64,000 bases of DNA from Anaerolineales bacterium (GTDB taxonomy: Bacteria > Chloroflexota > Anaerolineae > Anaerolineales > UBA6663), in NCBI GenBank assembly GCA_020850595.1, contig JADZEK010000023.1, forward strand, positions 6,222 to 70,221, written 5' to 3'. The position numbers and the translations under genes were made by a program. Below the pieces are notes generated by a model. That model did not search any database, had not been told where the DNA came from, and worked only from the letters and a program-made list of their open reading frames with translations. This document shows, in pieces, positions 35,597 through 44,372 of this stretch. Position 1 is the first letter of the stretch. Every line of letters begins with the position of its first letter.

Positions 35597-36577
35597 CTAG
35601 TTGGGCTTCAGGCGGCGGAAGGTGTCGAACACGCTCTGCATCAGGCTGCCATACTTGGCGGCCTGACCCGGCCCGTTGTAGAGCGAGGCAAAGGTGGTGA
35701 AGTCGCCGGCTTGCAGCGCCAGCACGCGGCGCGAGTCGCGGCCGGCCCCTTGCACGAAGTCGAAGAAGCCGATGATCTGCTGGCGCTCGCCGGACGAGAA
35801 GGCGTCGAACATTTGATGCACCGATTCGTAGCCCAGCGTGGGATAGTTGAAGCCGACGATCTGCGGCCCGCCCATGCTGATCGAGAGCTTGGCGGCCGTG
35901 TCGTCGAGGGAGCGCGCGAAGCTGAAGACCTGCCACTCGCCGTCTTGCGTGCCGTGGAACGCGGCGAAGGGCCGGTTGGTGAACTGCCGCCAGCGGTGGT
36001 CGAGCCAGTTCTTCTCCGGGTTGAAGCTGAAGTGCCGGTTGAAGACCGCGGCGTGCTGCCGGCCCCACTGCCGGAAGAACAGGTGGTTCTCAAAGCGAAT
36101 AATCAGGCGCCCATCGGCCGCGAAGCCGCGCCCGCCGCTCTCAATGGCCAGCACCGTCACCGCCGCGCCGGGGTCAATGCGCAGCTTGCCCGAAAGCTCG
36201 GCCAGCAGCCCGCCATATTTGTTCCAGATGTTGGCGGCCTGGCGCTCGGCGCTGGAGGCGTTCGCGCCCAGGGTTATCGCCTGGGCCGCGGGCGGGGCCA
36301 GCGGGCCGGGCGGCGCGATAGAACTGCGCTGGGCGTCGTCGGGGCGCGCTCGCAGCAGGCCCGGGTCGGTGCCCTGGCTCTCCAGCCGCACGAAGGCGCG
36401 GTGCACAAAGCCCGCCTGTCCCACCGCCGTCGTCACTTGCAGCCAATCGCCCTGCTCGGCCAGCACCTGCACGGCCGTCTGCGGCGGCAGCACCGCCAGC
36501 ACGGCGAATTGCGTGCCCGGCCCGGTGCGCAGGTTCAGGTCAACGGTGGTAACGCCAGTGCCAGTCGCCATCCCCAC
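35597..36577 (-). CDS. SH3b-domain + N-acetylmuramidase (DUF3380-like) peptidoglycan hydrolase
   Basis: N-terminal VDLNLRTGPGTQFAVLAVLPPQTAVQVL..GDWLQV (bacterial SH3). The C-terminal part resembles endolysin-type DUF3380 muramidases (AIESGG.GF...RFENH.F). Confidence 0.65.
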   Translation of the reverse strand: MGMATGTGVTTVDLNLRTGPGTQFAVLAVLPPQTAVQVLAEQGDWLQVTTAVGQAGFVHRAFVRLESQGTDPGLLRARPDDAQRSSIAPPGPLAPPAAQAITLGANASSAERQAANIWNKYGGLLAELSGKLRIDPGAAVTVLAIESGGRGFAADGRLIIRFENHLFFRQWGRQHAAVFNRHFSFNPEKNWLDHRWRQFTNRPFAAFHGTQDGEWQVFSFARSLDDTAAKLSISMGGPQIVGFNYPTLGYESVHQMFDAFSSGERQQIIGFFDFVQGAGRDSRRVLALQAGDFTTFASLYNGPGQAAKYGSLMQSVFDTFRRLKPN

Positions 36578-36583
36578 CTCCGC

Positions 36584-37489
36584 TTAGCGGTTCACGGCGC
36601 GGGCGATCAGGTCTTCGTAATAGATCGTTTCGCCGCCCGCCGTGCGGTCGTAGAGGTACAGACCGTAGAAGCCCTCGGTCAGGGCGCTATCGCGGGCGGT
36701 AAACAGGTATTGGTCGTTGGCGTAGAAGCGGAACTCGTCGCCGGCCATCCACACCAGCAGCGTGTTGTCGGCGGGCGCGCCGGGGTGCAGCGCGGGCGCG
36801 GCAGTCCAATCGGCCAGCACGGTGGTCTCGGCGCCACGGATGAGCAGGAAGCGCGCCTGCCCGCCACAGCGCACCGTGAACAGGTACAGGCTGTAGTTGA
36901 ACTCGGCGTCCACGCTGCCGCGGAACATCAGGCCGTACTCGTCGTTCTCGGCGCAGGCCCCGGTGTGCATGGTCACGCGCACCTGTTGGTCGCCCACCCG
37001 CAGCGTGTCGGGGCTGACGGTGAAGCGCCAGCCGTTGCCGGCCTTGAGCATGGTGCCTTTAAGCTGCTGGGTCTGCGCGTCAATACCGAACACCGCGGTG
37101 TCATCGGCGAAGGTCCAAAACCAGGTGCCGGTGCCGTCCAGAGGGTCTTGGTAGACGATGTCGCCGACGACCTCGTTCGGGTCAGGCGTGGCAGCGACCG
37201 GAGTACCGGTCGTAGGCGTGACGCTGGCCTCCACGCCGATGGGCGAGGGCGTGACGCTCGGCTCGCTGGTCGCGCTAGCGGCCACGGTGGCGCTGGCGGC
37301 GGGCGGCGCGGTCGGTAAAGGCGTGTTGGTAGTGCCGGCTTGCGCTAAGGCCGTGGCCGTCCCCGCGGCGGCATCGGCCAGGGCGGTGGCGGGCGACACG
37401 GTGGGAGCGGCGCTGGTGTCGCAGGCCAGGGCCAGCGCCAGCAGCGCGAGCCCAAAGACGAACAAGCGAAGGCGAGGCAAAGCGGTCAT
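36584..37489 (-). CDS. lipoprotein, function unknown
   Basis: MTALPRLRLFVFGLALLALALAC lipobox, a Thr/Pro/Ala-rich linker, then a beta-rich domain. The track ORF start at 37573 overlaps vapC. Confidence 0.7.
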   Translation of the reverse strand: MTALPRLRLFVFGLALLALALACDTSAAPTVSPATALADAAAGTATALAQAGTTNTPLPTAPPAASATVAASATSEPSVTPSPIGVEASVTPTTGTPVAATPDPNEVVGDIVYQDPLDGTGTWFWTFADDTAVFGIDAQTQQLKGTMLKAGNGWRFTVSPDTLRVGDQQVRVTMHTGACAENDEYGLMFRGSVDAEFNYSLYLFTVRCGGQARFLLIRGAETTVLADWTAAPALHPGAPADNTLLVWMAGDEFRFYANDQYLFTARDSALTEGFYGLYLYDRTAGGETIYYEDLIARAVNR

Positions 37490-37556
37490 GTGAGGCTCAA
37501 AGGGCAACGAGTGGGTGATCCGGCCCAGATGATAGCACAGGGCGGAGCGGGCGAAA

Positions 37557-37976
37557 TCACTTGGCCCAGTCAACCAGCTTTAGCTCAGCGAAATCGCGAT
37601 AGTCCGCGAGATTGAGGGTCACCAGGGCCAGTTCGTTGGTCACGGCCACGGCCGCGATTTGCGCGTCAACAAAGCCGGGGGGCTTGCCCAGGGTGGTCAG
37701 CCGCGCCCGTTCGCGGGCCTGCCACACGGCGGCCCGGTCATCATAGGGCAAGATGGGCATGGCCGCGCCAATCGCGGTCGTTAAATAGAAGTCGAGGGAA
37801 GCCCGCCTGGCTGAGAGGGGCAGGCGGTAACAGCCATACCAGAGCTCGTGCCAGGTGGGGGCGGCAATGGCCACTTCCGCTTCGTACTCCACCAGGCGCG
37901 CGACGAGTTTGGCGTTGGGCCGCGGGCGGCGCGGCTCGGAGACGACGTTGGTATCTAGCAGGAAGCGCAGGCTCAC
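37557..37976 (-). CDS. vapC: type II toxin VapC (PIN-domain ribonuclease)
   Basis: LLDTNV...E...VDAQIAA...TLN acidic PIN residues. 4-nt overlap with the upstream antitoxin gene. Confidence 0.9.
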   Translation of the reverse strand: MSLRFLLDTNVVSEPRRPRPNAKLVARLVEYEAEVAIAAPTWHELWYGCYRLPLSARRASLDFYLTTAIGAAMPILPYDDRAAVWQARERARLTTLGKPPGFVDAQIAAVAVTNELALVTLNLADYRDFAELKLVDWAK

Positions 37977-38248
37977 ACATCCACCTCGCGCCCCGGCGTG
38001 CGATCCCGAACATCTGCGAGCAAATCCGGCTCACCGTCCAACTCGGTCACGGGCTGCGACGCCAGATACGCTTTATAGGCGGCCCCAAACTTCTTCGGCG
38101 GCGCGGTCAGCCGGCGGTAGGCGTCCACCGAGAGCAGCACCGCCACCGGCTCGCCGCGGCGGGTCAGCTCAATCTGCCCTTTGGCTTCCGCCTCATGCAC
38201 AATGGCCGCCAAATTGTGGCGCGCCTCCGCGATGGTGTATTTGGTCAT
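37973..38248 (-). CDS. type II antitoxin, Phd/YefM family
   Basis: MTKYTIAEARHNLAAIVHEAE..G.IELTRRGEPVAVLLSVDAYRRL is typical Phd/YefM. Confidence 0.9.
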   Translation of the reverse strand: MTKYTIAEARHNLAAIVHEAEAKGQIELTRRGEPVAVLLSVDAYRRLTAPPKKFGAAYKAYLASQPVTELDGEPDLLADVRDRTPGREVDV

Positions 38249-38262
38249 CTTGCACCTCTAAC

Positions 38263-38285
38263 AGATAGCCATATAGATAGCTATT
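38263..38285 (-). promoter_or_regulatory. candidate antitoxin operator (AGATAGC direct repeat plus ATAGCTAT palindrome)
   Basis: agatagccatatagatagctatt lies immediately upstream of the antitoxin SD (AGAGGTG). Confidence 0.35.
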
Positions 38286-38354
38286 TTAGCAGAGAGATCC
38301 GGGCTGTCAACACGGCCACCCCGGCGCCGCGCCGCCGGTCGGCAAGCGGCTATA

Positions 38355-39083
38355 ATGTCCCCCATGCCCAGCCCCGCCGCCCAGGCCCTCAGCGCCGCCG
38401 AGCGCCGCAGTATTACACGCCGCTTCATGCAGGTCTACAAAATCCTGCTGGCCGCCTATGGCGAACCGGTGTGGCGCAACCCCTTGCCCGCGCTGGATGA
38501 GCTGATCAGCACCATCCTCTCGCAGAACACCAACGACCGGAACCGCGACCGGGCCTTCGCGGCGCTGCGGGCGCGCTTCCCCACCTGGGAAGCGGTGCGC
38601 GACGCGCCGGCCGCCGCCGTGATGGACGCCATCCGCCCGGCCGGGCTGGCTAACCAAAAAGGCCCGCGCCTCCAGGCCGTGCTGCGCGCCATCAGCGCCG
38701 AACGTGGCGCGCTGGATTTGGAGTTTCTGCGTGACTGGCCGCCCGCCGAGGCCCGCGCCTGGCTCACGCGCTTTAAGGGCGTCGGCCCCAAGACCGCCGC
38801 CATCGTGCTGCTGTTCTCGCTGGGGCTGCCCGCCTTCCCCGTGGACACGCACGTTCATCGCGTCACCGGGCGGCTGGGGCTGCGGCCGGCGGCGCTCTCG
38901 GCCGACGACAGCCACGCCTTCTTTGAGGCGCTGCTGCCGCCCGAGACCTTCTACGCCGCGCACCTGAACATTATTCGCCACGGTCGCGAGGTGTGCCACG
39001 CGCGCGGACCCGCCTGCGAGCAGTGCGTGCTGCTCAAGCGCTGCCCCACCGGGCAAGCGCTGCTCGGCCTGGTGACCCCCTAA
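38355..39083 (+). CDS. nth: endonuclease III-like HhH-GPD base-excision repair glycosylase with a 4Fe-4S cluster loop
   Basis: ILSQNTND, GVGPKTA (HhH), VDTHV.RV and C-x6-C-x2-C-x5-C (CHARGPACEQCVLLKRC). TATAAT at 38351-56 overlaps the first ATG, so the real start may be ATG 38364 (leaderless). Confidence 0.9.
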   Translation: MSPMPSPAAQALSAAERRSITRRFMQVYKILLAAYGEPVWRNPLPALDELISTILSQNTNDRNRDRAFAALRARFPTWEAVRDAPAAAVMDAIRPAGLANQKGPRLQAVLRAISAERGALDLEFLRDWPPAEARAWLTRFKGVGPKTAAIVLLFSLGLPAFPVDTHVHRVTGRLGLRPAALSADDSHAFFEALLPPETFYAAHLNIIRHGREVCHARGPACEQCVLLKRCPTGQALLGLVTP

Positions 39084-39269
39084 GCCGGTCCAGCAGACGC
39101 AGCGCGCCGCCGCGTGGCTTGGCCCGCTCGCCTATGGCGCGGTCTTCCCGACGAGGGTGGCGTTTACCCAGAAATGTTATAAAATAGTTAGACTGCGGAC
39201 CGGCGAGGCGGCTGAGCCGGCCCTATAGATCATGGCGTCTGAACGACTAACCCAATCGAGGTGTGCGTG

Positions 39270-40154
39270 ATGGTGCGTTGGAAGAAACCCGCCCTAGCGC
39301 TGGCGAGCGTCGGACTGGCCCTGGCCCTGGGCCTGAGCGGGGCCGCGCCCGAGGCCGCCGCCGCCGCGCAGACCTACAAGGTATTCGCGCCGCTGGCCTT
39401 TAAGCCTGCCGCGCCCCCCACCTGCCCCGCCAGCTCGGGCAACAGCTACGCGGCGGGCGGCGCCGCCCAGTGGGACATAGTAGACAACCCGGTGCGGCCC
39501 GCCCACCTGCACGCCGACAAGAACCTGGCCCTGCGCGGCTACAACAGCACCAGCGCCGCCAAGGGCCTGGTGAACTACGGCTCCGACGACCCCACCCAGC
39601 CGCCGCAACTCGCCACGCTCTTCAACCCCAACCGGCTGCCCGCGTTCAGCGGCGTCTACCGCGCCAACCAGTGGAACTGGGCGACCTCGCCCGCGCCGGG
39701 CAGCGCCGGCGGCCCGATCCTCGATTGGCCCGTGACGGTGCTGGGCCTGGCCACCACCCCCGGCGAGGCGCTGCGCGTGCCCGCCTCCGGCTACGACATC
39801 GGCGGCGGCATGGAAGTGCTGGTGCTCTTCGCCGACGCCGACTCGATCGCCTTCAAGTACACGCGTGAGGACTCGGTCGCGCCCAACGGCTACCTGGTGC
39901 ACGTGGACAACATTTGCACCGATGTGAACCTGCTGGCGCTGTACAACAGCCTGAACCAGGGCGCGCGCTATGTCTACCTGGGTGTTCAGGATCACAACGT
40001 GGACTACAACCTGCCCAACCTGCCGGCCGGGCAAGTCTTCGGCACGGCGCGCGGCGGCGAGGTGCGCGTGGCCGTGGTGGACTCGGGCACGTTCCTCGAC
40101 CCACGCTCGTGCAACGAGTGGTGGCAGATTCGGCCGGGGCACCCCGGCTGCTGA
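39270..40154 (+). CDS. secreted hypothetical protein
   Basis: Signal peptide MVRWKKPALALASVGLALALGLSGA. No family recognised. Confidence 0.65.
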   Translation: MVRWKKPALALASVGLALALGLSGAAPEAAAAAQTYKVFAPLAFKPAAPPTCPASSGNSYAAGGAAQWDIVDNPVRPAHLHADKNLALRGYNSTSAAKGLVNYGSDDPTQPPQLATLFNPNRLPAFSGVYRANQWNWATSPAPGSAGGPILDWPVTVLGLATTPGEALRVPASGYDIGGGMEVLVLFADADSIAFKYTREDSVAPNGYLVHVDNICTDVNLLALYNSLNQGARYVYLGVQDHNVDYNLPNLPAGQVFGTARGGEVRVAVVDSGTFLDPRSCNEWWQIRPGHPGC

Positions 40155-40165
40155 GGATAAGGGCA

Positions 40166-40246
40166 GAGGTCAGAGGTTGGAGGTTGGAGGGCTGCGCGGA
40201 GCACAGATTTCTCTTCCGATCTCTGACCTCCAGCCTCCGATCTCTC
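40166..40246. repeat. two GAGGTNN heptamer arrays in inverted orientation (potential long hairpin)
   Basis: Plus strand: gaggtca gaggttg gaggttg gagggct (40166-93). Minus strand of 40212-46: gagatcg gaggctg gaggtca gagatcg. Confidence 0.75.
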
Positions 40247-40296
40247 TGTTTCCCTGACTCGCGCAAAAGCCATTCTGTTGTAAACTGCCAGCGCTC

Positions 40297-42051
40297 ATGA
40301 CAAAAACGCGCCCACTGGTCTCCTCCGCCGAGCACGCTCGCCTGGCCGCGCTCTACCAGGTCTCGCATGCGCTGGGCGCCTCGCTCAACCTGGACGAGAC
40401 GCTGCGCATCGTGATGGACTCGGCCATCCGTCTGACGCGCGCCGAGCGCGGCTTTCTCATGCTCTTCGACCCCACCGGCGCGCTGGTCTTCCGCGTGGCG
40501 CGGGACGCGCACGGCGAGCCGCTCGAAGAGCGCCAGTTCGAGATCAGCCGCACCGTCGTCAACCAGGTCGCCCAGACCGGCACGCCGGTCGTCACCACCG
40601 ACGCCCGCAACGACCCGCGTTTCGCCAAGCACGACTCGATCATCACCTTCGCCCTGCGCTCCATCCTGGCCGTGCCGCTCAAGGCGCGCGGGCAGATCAC
40701 CGGCGTGCTCTACGTGGATAACAAGGCCCGCAACGCGCTCTTCGGGCAAGAAGACCTCGACCTGCTGGGCGCGTTCGCCGGGCAGGCCGCCGTGGCCATT
40801 GAGAACGCCCGCCTGTACACCCAAACCGATCAGGCCCTGGCGGCGCGGCTGGCCGAATTGCAAACCATGCAGACGATTGACCGCGAGCTAAACACCGCGC
40901 TGGAGACGGCGCAGGTGGCGGGCGTGATGCTGGGCTGGGCGCTGCGCCGCGCCCAGGCCGAGGGCGGCTGGGTGGGCGTCATGGAAGACGGCCCCGAGCC
41001 GCAGTTGCGCGTGGTGGCCGGCAGCGGCCCGGCCGTCAGCGACCAGTTTGCCCTGGGCGCGCTGGTCTCGCCCTACCACCCGCGCCTGCAAATGGCCTTC
41101 ACCACCGGCAGCTCGCAGAAATTCGGCCCCGGCACCGCGCCGCTGGGACTGGCGGGCCGCGCCGCCCCGGCCGCCGTGGTCGCGCCGCTGCTGCGCGAGG
41201 GCCGCCCGCTGGCCGTCATCGTCGTCGAGCGCCAGCGCCGCCCGTTCGACCAGGCCGCCGCCGACTTCCTCATGCGGCTGGCCGACCATGCCGCCATCGC
41301 GCTGGAGAACGCCCGGCTCTACGCGGCGCTCAAGCAGGCCAACGACACCAAGAGCGAGTTCGTGCGCACGGTGTCGCACGAGCTAAAAATCCCCATGACG
41401 TCCATCAAGGGCTACACCGATCTGCTCAAGATGGTCGGGCCGCTCAACGAGCAGCAAGAGCAGTTCATCGGCACCATTCGCAACAATGTGGAACGCATGT
41501 CGCTGCTGGTCTCCGACCTGGCCGATATCTCGCGCATGGAGAGCGGGCGGCTCAAGATTGACCTGCGCGCGCTCGACCTGCGCGCCGTGCTGCCCGAGGC
41601 CCTCAACCAGAGCCAGCTGCGCTCGGCCATGGCCGCCAAGCAGCAATCGCTGGCGCTGGAGCTGCCGCCCGACCTGCCGCTGGTGCTGGCCGACGAGGCG
41701 CGCCTGGGCCAGATCATCACCAACCTCATCAGCAACGCCTACAAGTACTCGCCGCCCGGCGCGCCGGTGACGGTGGCCGCGCAGGCCGAGGGCGGCCTGG
41801 TGCGCCTGAGCGTCATTGACCACGGCTACGGCATCGCGCCCGCCGATCAGGCCAAGCTCTTCACCCAGTTCTTCCGTTCAGAGGAACCCAACATCCGCGA
41901 GCAAACGGGTTGGGGCCTGGGCCTGCACATCACCAAGCGCCTGGTCGAGCTGCAAGGCGGGCAGATCAATGTGCAGAGCGCCCCCGGCCAGGGCAGCACC
42001 TTCGCCTTCACCGTGCCCATCGCCCCCAGCGCCCTCACGCCTGGCGACTAG
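40297..42051 (+). CDS. sensor histidine kinase with two GAF domains (cytoplasmic)
   Basis: 2x GAF, then the HisKA H-box SHELKIPMTSI, then HATPase_c (N, G1, G2 boxes: NLISNAYKY, DHGYGI, GWGLGL). Confidence 0.9.
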   Translation: MTKTRPLVSSAEHARLAALYQVSHALGASLNLDETLRIVMDSAIRLTRAERGFLMLFDPTGALVFRVARDAHGEPLEERQFEISRTVVNQVAQTGTPVVTTDARNDPRFAKHDSIITFALRSILAVPLKARGQITGVLYVDNKARNALFGQEDLDLLGAFAGQAAVAIENARLYTQTDQALAARLAELQTMQTIDRELNTALETAQVAGVMLGWALRRAQAEGGWVGVMEDGPEPQLRVVAGSGPAVSDQFALGALVSPYHPRLQMAFTTGSSQKFGPGTAPLGLAGRAAPAAVVAPLLREGRPLAVIVVERQRRPFDQAAADFLMRLADHAAIALENARLYAALKQANDTKSEFVRTVSHELKIPMTSIKGYTDLLKMVGPLNEQQEQFIGTIRNNVERMSLLVSDLADISRMESGRLKIDLRALDLRAVLPEALNQSQLRSAMAAKQQSLALELPPDLPLVLADEARLGQIITNLISNAYKYSPPGAPVTVAAQAEGGLVRLSVIDHGYGIAPADQAKLFTQFFRSEEPNIREQTGWGLGLHITKRLVELQGGQINVQSAPGQGSTFAFTVPIAPSALTPGD

Positions 42052-43025
42052 TGGTCCATGTCCGACCGCAAAACATGGTCCATGGATAGCCGCTGCGGCC
42101 GCCAGGCCCGCCGCAGCCGGCGCAGCCCCGCCCACAAAGGCGTCACATACAGCGCATCCACTACACCCCGGCACAGTTGCTGCCAGCCGCGCCGGTAGCT
42201 CGGGGTCGGGCGCAGCCAGCGGCGCAGGTCGGCCTGCCAGGCCGGCGGCAGCCCCGCCTGATACCCATCGAGCAGCCACTCGCCGTAGCTCTTCTTGCCC
42301 AGCAAACCCGCCAGCAGCACGTGCTTGGCTAACGTCCGGGGGTCGGCCCCGTCTGGGCGCGCGCGCACCGTCTCGGGCGTCCGCATGAAGAGCGCATCGG
42401 CCCAAGCCACCACCCCGTCGAGATGCTGGGCCTGGCGCGCGCTCGCCGGGCGCCACAACTCCTGCCGCCACCCCACCAGGCTAAAGCCGCGCGCGTACAG
42501 GTAGCGCGCCACCTCGAAGAAAAGCGGCTCGCCTTGAAACAACGGCTCGGTGCGCAGCTCGCATTGAACGGCGAGCAGGCCGAGCTGATCTGGTCCGAGG
42601 CTCTCCAGCACTTCAAAATCCACGCCTTCCAGGTCGGTCTTGAGATAATCCAGGTGATCAAGCCCAAGCGTCGGCAATAGCTCCGGCAGCGTCACCGGCT
42701 CGACCGGGTTCACGGCCTCCACCTGCAGCAGGCGGCCCAGGTTGTATTTCTCCACCATGCCCGGCGCGAGATCGAACAGGGATGAACTGCCCCAATACGT
42801 GCGCTGCTTGAACTCGCGCGGCCGCACGCTGCCCGCCACAATTTGGCGCAGCCGATGCCGCGTGTGATAGCGCCGCTGCTCGCCCACCGGCGACGTGGCC
42901 CCATCTACCTCGATCAGCGTCACCGCGGGCAGCACCTCTGTGGGCCAAACGTAATCCCCATCACCGCCCGCGCCCAAATTGGCGACCACGAAATTGCCTG
43001 CTAAAGCTTCGATCAATGACGGCAT
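42048..43025 (-). CDS. FkbM family methyltransferase
   Basis: The ...LDYLKTDLEGVDFEVLES... motif is typical of FkbM-type methyltransferases. Confidence 0.7.
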   Translation of the reverse strand: MPSLIEALAGNFVVANLGAGGDGDYVWPTEVLPAVTLIEVDGATSPVGEQRRYHTRHRLRQIVAGSVRPREFKQRTYWGSSSLFDLAPGMVEKYNLGRLLQVEAVNPVEPVTLPELLPTLGLDHLDYLKTDLEGVDFEVLESLGPDQLGLLAVQCELRTEPLFQGEPLFFEVARYLYARGFSLVGWRQELWRPASARQAQHLDGVVAWADALFMRTPETVRARPDGADPRTLAKHVLLAGLLGKKSYGEWLLDGYQAGLPPAWQADLRRWLRPTPSYRRGWQQLCRGVVDALYVTPLWAGLRRLRRAWRPQRLSMDHVLRSDMDH

Positions 43026-43080
43026 AGCCCAGCTTTCTAGAAGTCAGTGAACGGGCAGAGTATAGGGGCAGACAGATCAG

Positions 43081-43109
43081 TTGCCATTAGAACAAAATTT
43101 CTGTATCAT
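43081..43109 (+). promoter_or_regulatory. candidate promoter
   Basis: TTGCCA, 17-nt spacer, TATCAT. Confidence 0.45.
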
Positions 43110-43215
43110 GGGACCAGTGTCGCGTATTGTTTGAATCGCCGCCGCACCGTAGCCAATCGCATACATTTGGGTTAAACTTGGTGACTGTTACGGTATTTGC
43201 TTGAGGTAAACGCCA

Positions 43216-44298
43216 ATGACCAACTCTCGCGATGAGGCCCGCCGCCAGGCGCTGGCCGCCGACTTCCCCTCCGAGCGCCGCCGCTTCCTGCTCAAGCTGA
43301 TCGGCCTGGGCGCGGCCGGCCTGGCCGTGGGCGGCGGCGGGGCATGGGCCAAAACCGAGTGGGACGCGGCCACCAACACCGCCGCCTCGCTCGGCGACCT
43401 GCGCGTGCAGCTCGACAGTGTCACCGCTGCTAAGGCTGCGCTCGAGCTTTCATACACCGCGCTGCAAACGCAGGCCGGCGAGTGGCAGAGCCAGCTCAAC
43501 AGCGCCACCGCGCAGAACGCGCAGCTAGCCGCCTCGCTCAGCGCCGCGCAGCAAGACAACGCCACGCTGCAAACCCAGGTGACGGCGCTACAAGGCGCGC
43601 TCGAGGCCGCCAACGGCCGCCTGACCGACTCGGCCGCGCTGGTCAGCCTGTACGACCAACTCGACGCCGTCGGCCTGGACGGCGTGGTGGATAACGGCCT
43701 GAGCCTGGTCACCGGGGCGCTCGCGGCGCTGGCCGGCCCAGTCGCCACCCTGCGCGGCGGCGTGGACGGCGCGCGCGGCCTGCTCGCCAACTTCGAGGCG
43801 GTTCTGCCCGACTTCAAGGACGCCATGGCCTGGCTGGGTGAGCAGGTCGTCAAGCTTAAGGTGGGGCTGTGGTCGGTGGAGAGCAGCGCGCAGTCCACCG
43901 CCAAGACGGCCGTCAGCGGCATGGCCGCCGTGTTCGGCGGGTTCGCCGGCTTCGTGCTCGACCACCTGCCCTTTAACATCGGCGAGCAGGTGCGCAACAC
44001 CCTCAGCGCCGTAGAGGGCGTGCTGACCGGCGCCACCGACATGACCGACCGGGCCGCCGATAAGGTGCTGCTCAAGATCTCTAAGCACGTGGACGACGGC
44101 CCGCAGAACTGGGGCGCTACGCTCGTCACCCCGCTGCGCGATCAGACCCTGGCCCCGGCCGACGAAGTGCTCACCGCCGTCGCCGGCGCGGGCAGCACCT
44201 ACACCGCCGGCCTCAAGGACCCGGCCACCACCGCGCTGGCCCAGCGCCGCGCCCTGCGCGAGCAGATTGCCGCCTTCCGCGCCGCCAAAAGCCTGTAG
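43216..44298 (+). CDS. Tat-signal coiled-coil protein, function unknown
   Basis: SERRRFLLKLIGLGAAGLAVGGGGAWA twin-arginine signal, then Ala/Leu/Gln-rich heptad-like repeats. Confidence 0.7.
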   Translation: MTNSRDEARRQALAADFPSERRRFLLKLIGLGAAGLAVGGGGAWAKTEWDAATNTAASLGDLRVQLDSVTAAKAALELSYTALQTQAGEWQSQLNSATAQNAQLAASLSAAQQDNATLQTQVTALQGALEAANGRLTDSAALVSLYDQLDAVGLDGVVDNGLSLVTGALAALAGPVATLRGGVDGARGLLANFEAVLPDFKDAMAWLGEQVVKLKVGLWSVESSAQSTAKTAVSGMAAVFGGFAGFVLDHLPFNIGEQVRNTLSAVEGVLTGATDMTDRAADKVLLKISKHVDDGPQNWGATLVTPLRDQTLAPADEVLTAVAGAGSTYTAGLKDPATTALAQRRALREQIAAFRAAKSL

Positions 44299-44316
44299 CC
44301 GCTCAGCCCTGAACCC

Positions 44317-44354
44317 AAACCGGGCCGCTGTTGCAGCGGCCCGGTTTCTTTGTC
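44317..44354 (+). terminator. intrinsic (probably bidirectional) terminator
   Basis: AAACCGGGCCGCT / AGCGGCCCGGTTT 13-bp stem plus TCTTTGTCTT. Confidence 0.7.
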
Positions 44355-44372
44355 TTGGCCTGCCCGCGCCCG

